A DNA stretch of 64,000 nucleotides from Zootoca vivipara (Eukaryota), in contig NC_083290.1 of the NCBI RefSeq assembly GCF_963506605.1, forward strand, positions 32,240,001 to 32,304,000, written 5' to 3'. The notes under the pieces were generated by a model. That model ran no database searches, was not told where the DNA came from, and was given only the letters and a program-made list of their open reading frames with translations. The translations under genes were made by a program, and so were the position numbers. Below, piece after piece: positions 12,152 to 22,700 of the stretch; position 1 is the first letter of the stretch; each line of letters starts with the position of its first letter.

Positions 12152-12348
12152 AAATAAAAAAATTCCTTCAGTAGCACCTTAAAGACCAACTAAGTTTTTT
12201 ATTTTGGTATGAGCTTTCGTGTGCATGCACACTTCTTCAGACGAAAGCTCATACCAAAATAAAAACTTAGTTGGTCTTTAAGGTGCTACTGAAGGAATTT
12301 TTTTTATTTTGCTTCGACTCAGACCAACACGGCTACCTGCCTGTAACT
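12152..12348. mobile_element. Penelope-like element remnant (inverted pseudo-LTR) with hammerhead ribozyme core
   Basis: Near-perfect inverted arms at about 12152-12220 and 12241-12309. Minus strand 12240-12207 reads CTGAAGA-AGTGTGCATGCACAC-GAAA-GCTCATAC. Flanking duplication AATGCCTACTC(AAA) at 12141 and 12349. Confidence 0.8.
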
Positions 12349-12989
12349 AATGCCTACTCAAAAGTAAGCCCTATTCAGTGTAGTTTTCTCCCAAGCAAAT
12401 GGTGTTAGGGATTGCAGCCTTCCTTCTGAGTTAGCAGGTATAGAATTACACTACTGTATTGCTACGTATTTGCTATTCTTGGAAGTTCCGGGGCGATCAC
12501 TAATTTAAATAAAAATTCCAGAGCAAAAAAACAACAGCACCTGAAAAGCGGTGCATTTCAATCGCCTTGCACCCCGCCTTTTTTGGGGTAGCATTTTAAA
12601 GCTCCTCTGGCATCGCTTCAGCCCCCTTTTCGGTGGTTAAGTCCAACCGGTTGCTGGGCATCTTTAATCAGAAGTACGTGCCAATGAGGCCAATTGGACC
12701 GGCCCCGATATGTGCTCTGGGCTGCAACTGCAAAGTCTGCAGCGGTGAAAAGAAATGGCAATCCTATTTTGTCTAGCGAATGGAAAAGAGTAAATTCCAT
12801 TCCAGCATGTGATAATCTAACTCTCCCCCCCCCCACATCCCTCTTCATTGCATTCAAAAGACACGGGCTCTCTTTCACAAGAGACATTGAGGCTGCAAGT
12901 CTGCAGGCTAGATTCAGGAGTACAAAAACCTGTTGGGTATATGCAGTGGTATATTTCCTAGAAAAGCAGTTTAAGATCAAGTTGCCAAG

Positions 12990-13340
12990 GCTGCGATCCA
13001 GAGCACGCTTACCGAGGACTAAGGCTCCATTGAACTCAGCGGGACGTCCTGTCGCGTCACTGTGCCTAGGACTGGGGCAAAACCCCGATTTGCACGGCAC
13101 GTGTGAATACTACTCATGCCCGATGACTCTCGAGTAACGGGCGGGAGCTCCGTTTATTTAACCAATTCAGAGTAATGGAGTATGCGGGAGGGGCAAAGGG
13201 TAGGGAGAGGCTGCAGTAGCAGGAAGTCACGCCCCAGAGTGACGGCGGCAGTTGTGTAACTTCTCGGATGCTGTGAGGTTGGGCATCACTAAGTTACGCA
13301 AGTATAGCCGGTTTGCAAGAGCCGAAGTGCGGTCGGAGAG
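12990..13340. promoter_or_regulatory. Putative promoter of the (6-4) photolyase, possibly bidirectional with TIRAP
   Basis: Local CpG enrichment. E-box CACGTG 13098-13103, CCAAT 13162-13166, ETS CAGGAAGT 13220-13227, D-box-like GTTGTGTAAC 13251-13260 and GTTACGCAAG 13293-13302. Candidate donors: GAG|GTTGGG (+, 13278) and TCG|GTAAGC (-, about 13012). Confidence 0.6.
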
Positions 13341-15375
13341 GGTGGAGAGAGAAGTTAGAAATGTCTCTTTATAAGATTTTTCTCCTCTGCCTGGAAGAAT
13401 CAAGGTGGATTAACCTAACCCTGCAGTCCTATACATGCCTACTCAGCTCTGAATCCTACTGAGTTCAATAGATCTTACTCCCAGGTAAGTGGAGATATAG
13501 GCTGGCAGCCTGAGGCTGGTTGGAGGTGCGTTGCAGTTGCAGAATAAGCTAGCTGAGTGCTGTACTGCTTCAGACTGCAGATGGGGAATGTCCCTTTTAG
13601 CAGCTGTTCCCCGCAACCTTCCAGCAGTTTGACTTCACCCCAAAAGGCACACTCCTCCATTGTCTCCCCAGAGGGAGGGATTGCAACAGTTGCAACAGCA
13701 ATTAAAGGCGGGGTGGGGGGAGCCTCCCAGCTCAACTAGAAAACTAGCACATCAGCAAGAAAGTTTCTAGCTCAGCTCTTTTCCTGATGCTTTTGTCTTG
13801 CAGGAATTTATTATTAAATGTGTAGAAATATAAAAAAATATGATTTCTCCGCACACTTACAGTCTGAAGTTGTACATGTTCAGAATTCTACTCCCTCATT
13901 TCTTTCAAGGAAAGGGAGCCTTAGCTCTGGGATAAGGCGCTTGCTTTGCCTGTACAGATTCCAAGACTTCTGTCTGAAGCCCTGGATATTTGCTGCTAGT
14001 CATTGTGGATAATATTGACCTAGGAAGCTGCCTTATTGGCATTGGTCCATCTAGCTCAGTACTATTTACACTGACTGGCAGCTGCTCTCCAGGGTTTCAA
14101 GACAGGTTTTCTCCCCTCCTTGCCTGGAATTGCCCAGGATTAAACCCTGGACCTTCTACCTGTGAGGTAGATGCTTTAACCACTGAACAATGACCCTTTC
14201 TTGACCAGAACAGAGCAGTGACCTAGGCTTCAAATCCTCATAAGTATTCTGTGCAGAATAGCTCTGAGCGTCTGCTCCGCAAGGGTCAAGTGTAAAACAA
14301 GATTTTGAACTTGTGGAGGATAGATGATTTAGATGCACACAATTGCTGTTGGCATTGTGTAAGCAGAAGATCCATTTGACATCGCTGTGTGCATCGCTTT
14401 GTTAATGCTTGCATAAGACTGAAGTTTTGCATGCCATCAAAACATTGCTGAATGTGGGCTGCCAGTGGTTTGCCAAGAATGAGAGCCCGCACATGCTGGA
14501 TCGTGCACAACTGCCTCCCCGTAGGCTGATGGCAGAAGAGGCGCCTGCTGGAATATTGAGATTTGGTTAATTAATTTGGGCTCCGCAACTGTGAATCCAA
14601 CTGCACACAAGCTGAAGCTTCGAGGCTACTGTGTACGATGCATATACTGCTATTTATTTTTTTCAATGTCCTAAGGATCGTTTTCAACTGGCTTCCTCCC
14701 TGTATCTGCAATGCAGAAGTATTTTTTAAAAAATATATTTTTATTAGTTTTCCAATATTACCCAATAAAAGTTCAAATATAACCATATCAATTAATTTGC
14801 AATGCAAAAGTATTGTCCACATGCACCATTGCTTTTAATTTGTATTTCATTTAAAGCTGAAGCTCTAGTATTTCTCCGTTTAAAACATCCGCCCATTTCA
14901 AAGTAGTGCAAAATATGTTCAAGTGCATTTTTAAGGCAGTAATTCTACACCCATCCACCTGGGAGCAAGCCCCATTGAACTTATTGACATGTATTTCTGG
15001 GTGAACACATTGCACTGTGTTATATTTTTTGGGGGGTGGGGAACCCTACTGGAGCCTAGTCTTGAAGAAGATGAAGCTTATTACACATGTTGCTTAGCTT
15101 CCACATCTTTTTACTGCATGTGGAAGACCATCCTTTTGTACTTGATGTTAATCAGACATACTGATTGGCCTCTTATTTTGGTGCTCAGAGCAAACAGATT
15201 AAACAATCCACAAGCATTCACTGAAAGGGTTGGGAAAATTCACTCTTTGATCAACCAGATTGTGAACATGGGCAAAGTGAGGCAGCCACCCTGGGCATAT
15301 GCCCGCCAGAGTCCTGTGCTGACCAGGATTCATTTGAAACCAGGGTTGTAGCAAGTTTGAAACCCTAGTTAAGAG

Positions 15376-15686
15376 CATAGCTGCCAAGTCTCCCGTTTTT
15401 CATGGGAAACCCCCTTTTTAAAGTAGTTATCCCGAATGGTGGAATATCCCATAATTCCCCTGGATTTTCAAACCAGCTCCTGCCGACCAGGGAGGCTCCT
15501 TCTGTGCATGTCTGGACATGCGCAGAACCAATTTTGGGTGCCGCTCTGCCATGTCTGGGCACCGGAAATAGGGCAGCGCCGGCACTGGAAGTCGCTTCTA
15601 CACATGTCTGGACATGTGTAGAAGCGACTTCCGGTGCCGCACTGCTGCTGATCCCGGATTTTTCACTCCGGGAGTTGACGGGTATG
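15376..15686. mobile_element. Non-autonomous hAT element
   Basis: Imperfect TIRs CATAGCTGCCAAGTCTCCCG / CCGGGAGTTGACGGGTATG; perfect 8-bp TSD GTTAAGAG; internal palindrome about 15572-15648. Confidence 0.85.
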
Positions 15687-15809
15687 GTTAAGAGGGAACT
15701 GGGTTAACCTTCATTGTGACTGGCATCAGTGCAGACAGCAAACAGAGGGCAGAATTTGAGATGGAGCATGGGAACCTCGAGCTTCCTCGCTTCAGAACTC
15801 TTTTAACTA

Positions 15810-16320
15810 CAGTGGTACCTTGGTTCTCAAACTTACTCCGTTCTGGAAGTCTGTTCCAAAACCAAAGCGTTCCAAAACCAAGGCACGCTTTCCCATAGAA
15901 AGTAATGCAAAATGGATCAATCCATTCCAGACTTTTAAAAACAACCCCTAAAACAGCAATTTAACATGAATTTTACTATCTAACAAGACCATTGATCCAT
16001 AAAATGAAAGCAGTAAACAATGTACTGCAGTCACACAATCAATCAGTAGCTGAACTGGTTTCCACACAGTCGCAAAAACAAAACAAAAAGAGCCACAAAA
16101 ACGCAAAATAGGGAGAAAAAACAGACAGACCTCAGCATAACACTCAAATTGGAAGTGTAACACTCAAATCAGAAGTGTGGCACTTAAATCGGAAGCGTAA
16201 CACTCAAAACGGAGCATGTTCGGCTTCCGGAAAAAAGTTCGCAAACCGGAACACTTATTTCCCGGTTTGCAGTGTTTGGGTTGCAAGTTGTTTGGGTACC
16301 AAGGCGTTTGAGAACCGCTG
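15810..16320. mobile_element. Tigger/pogo-like MITE with an internal ~20-bp tandem repeat
   Basis: TA|CAGTGGTACCTTGGTTCTCAAAC left end; decayed right end TTTGAGAACCGCTG|TA; about 4 copies of TAACACTCAAATCGGAAGTG at 16138-16215. Confidence 0.75.
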
Positions 16321-16712
16321 TATTGTCTTTAAGTGCCTCAGTGTATGTGCCTTTGAGTTTGCCCATCTGAAAGGTCTACAAGTTAAATCCATGTGTTTCC
16401 CTAAATGTTTATTTAGTGGGGGTTGAGTGAGGTCAACCTTTGTGGCAGGACAGGGAAGTTGTGGCCCTCTAGATGTTGGGTCATATTGCATCACCCCCAT
16501 CCTGCATGGCCAATGGTCAGGGATGATTGGAGTTGTAACTCAAGAAACACTTGGAAGACCACTGGTTCCCCATTATTGCCTAATGAGAAAGCTTGTGTAC
16601 CACTGTCTTTGTAAAAAAAGTAAGAATATTCTCCTGTTCCCACCTAGCTTTTTCCTGCTTGGACACTGCTCCTAATATAAAGTGGGGAGAAACAGGCTGG
16701 TGACGCAACAGA

Positions 16713-19700
16713 ATGACTCATATTTCGATCCATTGGTTCCGCAAGGCACTTCGCCTCCATGATAACCCTGCCTTGCTAGCAGCTATGAAGGATAGCGCTG
16801 AGGTCTACCCTATCTTTATCTTTGACCCCTGGTTCCCGAAGAATATGCGGGTCAGCGTTAACCGCTGGAGATTTCTGGTTGAATCTCTGAGAGATCTGGA
16901 CGAGAGCCTCAAGAAGCTGAACTCAAGGCAAGTACCAGATGGGCCAGTTTTCAAAATACTGTACACCAGGGTGATTGAAGGGGCCATTTCTACAGTACTT
17001 TCCCCAGACCTGAATGGTTTTCTATGGAGAGGCCAAATGGGGAGGCGTGGGGGTCAAATTGGCCTACTAGGATGCAGGTGCTAAAAATACAATTCTGGCA
17101 CACAGTGCTCTCTGTCAGTTTGCCATACTGTCCCCTCCCAGATCCTAGTCCTCTCTGTCTTGACCTCAGAAACTCACCTAGTCTTGGGTGCTTTCTTGGT
17201 TTCTGAGCAATCAAAGGTTGTGTTGTCTCCTCAGGCTGTTTGTAGTTCGTGGCAGTCCTGTAGAGGCATTCCCAGAACTATTTAAGAAATGGAAGGTCAC
17301 CCTGCTCACATTTGAAGTCGACACAGAACCTTATGCAAGGCGCCGTGATGCTGAGGTGGTGAGGGTGGCAGCTGAACATGGAGTCCAAGTTGTTCAGAAA
17401 GTGTCCCACACTTTGTACGACACTGAAAGGTGGGTACAAAGAGCAAAGGCCATTACAATTTTGCATGCATTTCTGGAATCCACCAGGTAAAAGTTTCTTA
17501 GAGATTATTATTAATAATTGTGTATATCAGTCATTTTTATTTTATTTTTCCACAACAAAGGAACTCCAAGCAATTTCCAAAGGGGGAAAAATCCATTGCT
17601 GGACATTCCTGATAATGTATTGTCATCATTTCCAACAGAATCATTATTGAGAATAATGGCAAGGCCCCTCTGACTTACACTCGGCTGCAGACGGTCTTGG
17701 CTTCTCTGGGTCCTCCAAAACGGCCTGTTCCAGCTCCTAGTTTGGAAAACTTGAAGGGTGAGTACAAGTCTCTCTGGACTTGGGGATGCAGGCAATGGGT
17801 ATTTATGGATTCTGACAAGTACTGTGGGCCCTTTGGAGTGTGTGAGAGAGCTGTGACTTGGATAGAAATGCTGTGGAATAATCTGCCTTCTTGGGATGGG
17901 TGGCCTAAAGGTAAAGGTACCCCTGACTGTTAGGTCCAGTCGCGGATGACTCTGGGGTTATGGCGCTCATCTCGCTTTACTGGCTGAGAGAGCCAGCGTA
18001 TAGCTTCTGGATCATGTGGCCAGCATGACTAAGCCGCTTCTGGTGAACCAGAGCAGCGCATGGAAATGCCATTTACCTTCCCGCCAGAGCAGTACCTATT
18101 TATCTACCGTATTTTTCGCTCCACAAGACGCACTTTTTTCCCTCCTAAAAAGTAAGATGAAATGTCTGTGCATCTTATGGAGTGAATGCGTGGTCCCTGG
18201 AGCCGAATTGCCCAGGGGCGAAATGCAGGGCTTTTTTTTTTTAAAGAAAGAGCTAAAGGCTAACAAGAGGGAAAGATAGTGTTGAAAGGAACCCACTCAG
18301 CAGCTGATTGCAATAGATCGGGGAGGGAGATAAGGGAGCTAGCTCCTGCCCTGCCCCGCCCTGCCCCCTTGCCCAGGCCTCAATTGTTGTCTGCAGAGGG
18401 AGGCTGTTTTCTCAACGACATGTGACTGGCTGATTAGATTATCTGTCTGGAAACTGTAGAAATGGGTCCCTTTCCTTTCCTAGAGAAGCTGCAGAACTGT
18501 GAGTTGAACCCCATAAAAACAGGATTTTTTCCCCTTTGCAAGGTAAGCTCAACAACTTTGAGCTGATCCTCAAAAATGGAGCTTTCCTCCTTTGCAAAAG
18601 AAGCTTCCTCAAATATTTAATGGGGGGGGGGCAAAGGCACCTAGGCCTCTAGGAGTTGGCTGCTATGCCTAGGACAATTCAAGAAAGCAAAAAAAATTTT
18701 TACTTGTTTTTCTTCTCTAAAAAACTAGGTGCGTCCTATGGTCAGGTGCGTCCTATGGAGCGAAAAATACGGTTCTTGCACTTTGACGTGCTTTTGAACT
18801 GCTAGGTTGGCAGGAGGAGGGACCAAGCAACGGAAGCTCGCCCCGTCGCGGGGATTCAAACTGCCAACCTTCTGATCGGCCTACCCATACCCAATTTACA
18901 TTTTTCAGTGCTTATGTTTGTTCTAGGCAGCATTTCATGGTTAGCAAGGGAAGAGCTTGACCATAAGCCTAACCATGGATGATGATAAGAATAATAATTT
19001 TATTTATACACCACCCATCTGGCTGGGTTTCCCTAGCCACTCTGGACAGCTTACAGCACATGCTGTGATGACATGCTAAGGTTTGTCTGAGCAAAGCATG
19101 AGGAGTAAAATAGAACAGAGAGGAGCAAAGTGGTTGTGAACACCTCTCTGGGAATCCACATGTTTGCACAGGCCCAGTAAGCCATAGTTGGTTCACTGTG
19201 TTGTGCAGATCAGGCCAGTGAATAGCACGTCACAAGGGTGCTTAGCTAATCAGATCTGGCGACTGCTGAAGGCAAATAATACTAAGCCAAAGTGACAATG
19301 AATGGACAAATATTTTGCCAATGTGATACAAAAAATGCTGAAAAGAGGTGCGTGATTTACAACGTAGTCAAAAAAGTTAGCATAAAAGGTACTGGTACTT
19401 TGACTTGGCCTTGTTATGAATAATTAGACAAGTTCTTACATTGATTGAGTCATCGGGGATTGAGAGCGGCAAGATTTGGGCACAGGGAGCCAGACGAACC
19501 AGAGATGCCCTGTTCCGTACGAGCTTTGAATCTGTCGGATCAATGTTCTAACCTAGAGTGCAGCACATCTGTCAAAGAGGACCATGATAAAGAGTATGGC
19601 ATCCCTTCTCTTGAGGAACTGGGACAGGATCCAAAGACAGCTGGCCCCCACCTTTATCCAGGAGGAGAATCTGAGGCCCTTGCTCGGCTGGACTTGTATA

Positions 19701-22700
19701 TGAAGAGAACGGTAGAGTGACTGAAATGTCTGTTGCTTTTGCCCAACAGACTTAGCTTCGCTGGTGGGGAATCTCTGGCCTGGTGGCCAGATTTGGCTAG
19801 GGTTGGCATACATCCGGAATTTCCCAGACATATCTGGAATACTGCAAGTCGGAAGCAGTGTCCGTGCAAAAAAAATGTCCGGGAAAATCCAGACGTATGG
19901 CAATCCGTGTTGGCAACGTCGTATTTGGGGATTTTCTTTTTTGCTCAACAAATTTGGGCAAAACTTTAAAAAAACTCAACAACTTTGCAAAAAAACATAA
20001 ACAAAACCAAAAAAAAACTCAACAGCTTTTTTCTGGCTGTTCCTCCCTGCATGGCCTGAACATTACCTGAAGTCGTGCTCCAGATTCATTGACCCTGGAA
20101 AACATGAGTGGCGATAGCTAGTGCTATGGCCTCTTCGGTTGCTACACCCACCCTGTGGAACACATTGCTAAATGTGAAATGCTGGGCCCATTCACTGTTG
20201 TCTTCGGCAGCTAGTTAAAAACATGGCTGTTTGTCACGTGCCTGTGTGATCAGACTGCTACCTGATTTTGACTGCTGTGGCTCTATATTGGCTTCATTGG
20301 GTACTTTGGATTTTGCTACAGTCAACATTTGTGATTTTAATGGGGATTGTTATGTTTGATTTGTAAGCTTTCTTGAGTTCCTTCGAAAACTCAGTGGGGT
20401 ATGCATTTTAAAAATAAGTAAATAAAATTACAGGGACAACAGAACAGGGTGTTCTTTGGTGCCTAAAATATAGTAAAGAAAGCAACTGGCACATACAAGG
20501 CACAGAACTGTCCAATGCAAGGGCCGCCACCAAAAAGCCCTCTTGTCTAATAGCCACAAGGCAGCCCTTGGGACATATCTAGCCCCTCAAAACTCTCAAT
20601 GCATTATTCCCCCCTTTTTCTTTACAGTCATGGGTATGCAATTTTAAGAAGCCTGATACATCCCCCAATTCTTTGACTCCTAGCACCACGGTGCTCAGCC
20701 CCTACGTCAAATTTGGGTGCCTGTCTGTACGGATGTTCTGGTGGAAGCTGACTGAAATCTACCAGGGGGTAAGAAGAGGAGCTTTTTTATATATATTCTA
20801 GAGTTGTCATATAATCACAGAATACTGCCTTTCTGTTTTCATTGATACAACTGCTGGATACTATCTGTTCCAACAAGTGCCATTTCAGAAATCTGTAGGC
20901 TGTGGACCTAGATGGGTGGGTGGGGGGTGTTCCGTTGCATATATGCTGCTTGTAGATTTCCTCAAAAAGACTTTTTTTAAAATCTGTCCCAGACCAAGGC
21001 TGTCAAAACTCTCTCTGATATAAAGTTGCTGTGACAAATCTACATGGCTAGGGCTTCTGTGACACTAGAGGCAATCAGCCACCCAAGGCAAGGTGGACTG
21101 CAAAAGCTACCTGCAATATTTAATTCGACCATATGCATGGCTACTGTGCAGGTGGGACCTTAGACGGCTGCATTTAGAAGCTCCTCTTGCTAGATTGTAC
21201 CACTGAACATCACTCTGCAGTAAATGTGTCTTCTTCCGACTCTCTGAAAAGTGGTCCTCCAGCTGTTGTTCGACTCCAACCTGCATTATCTCCAGCCACC
21301 ATGACTAGTGGTCGGGGTGGTGGGAGCTGTGCTCTAGGGCCCTGCTCTAAAACAATCCAAAGAATAATTATGGTTCCTTCTCTACTGTGCTTCTCTAGAG
21401 GAAACACTCTGACCCACCGGTATCTCTGCATGGGCAACTCCTGTGGCGGGAGTTTTTCTACACGGCAGGAGCTGGGATCCCCAACTTTGACAAGATGGAG
21501 GGCAATCCAGTTTGTGTGCAGGTGGACTGGGATGACAACAAGGAGCATCTCAAAGCCTGGCGTGAGGCATGTTCTGTTTGGCAAAGTTCACGACCTACCC
21601 AAATATTTGCAGATTAAGGCAATCTCCTCCCTTGCCACCAGGGTCAAACATATTACCCACACTTATATGCACTTTTCATAGCACTGTAAAAAAAGGTAAA
21701 AGGTAAAGGACCCCTGGACAGTTAAGTCCAGTCAAAGGCGACAATGGGGTTGTGGCGCGCATCTCGCTTTCAGGCCGAGGGAGCTGGTGTTTGTCCATAG
21801 ACAGCTTTCCAGGTCATGTGGCCAGCCCAGCATGACTAACACTGTGACGGAAGCCAGAGTGCACAGAAATGCCATTTACCTTCCACTGCAGTGGTACCTA
21901 TTTATCTACTTGCACTGGCGTGCTTTCAAACTGCTAGGTTGGTAGGAGCTGGGACAGAGCAACGGGAGCTCACCCCATTGCGGGGATTCAAACCGCCAAC
22001 CTTCTGATCAGCAAGCCCAAGAGGCTCAATGGTTTAGACCACAGCGCCACCCACATCCCAATATAGCACTGTAGACCAATGGGACTAGTGGTGTTGCTAT
22101 TTCCTACAGTAGAAAAGGGTGAAACTCGGGTTGTTCCACGTAGGGCTGAGAAAGATTCCCATCTGCAATTCTCAATGCACACAAGGGCTACAGAGGTGGC
22201 CCTTCAGGCTTCTCTGTCTGGCCCTCAGAACTCTTGCCCTAGGTCACAACCACCCAAGTGCTTTTGGCTTGCTGGAATGTGTGATGGTGCCTCACTTTGC
22301 ATGGATGGATGGATGGATGGGTTGGTGTGCATGTAGAAACCCAACTTTTGCATGGCAGTAATGTAACCTACTGTACCAAGAGCGAGTCACCCACTTTTGT
22401 ATCAAGCCCCACCCAAAACAGGTATGCGGCCCTTGGAAGGTTGACCACAGGGGAATGTAGCTCTCAGCCTTGGTGTAGACTCTACTAAGCTTGACATGCT
22501 GGTAGTTTGTCTCTAGATAAAGTCAGCTTTCTTCATTCCTTCTTACGTCAACTTCTCTCCAAGTTTTGACATGATATTACAGTAATTCTGTTAAACATAT
22601 TTTGCCTTGCTTCAATGAAATTGAGCTGCAAAATTGATATTATCTGTTTTTCCACATTTGATCTAGAATGGTTTATTTCCTTTTATTTGGTACATGTGAT

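Noticed and set aside
13415-13512. Strong CAG|GTAAGT as the photolyase first-exon donor
   Set aside because: Part of a short hairpin repeat with decayed copies elsewhere (about 12345-12420, 14940-15010, 41905-41995, 45445-45555); cannot be supported without RNA data.
16138-16215. ~20-bp tandem repeats resembling a CRISPR or iteron array
   Set aside because: No spacers, vertebrate DNA, and located inside a MITE.
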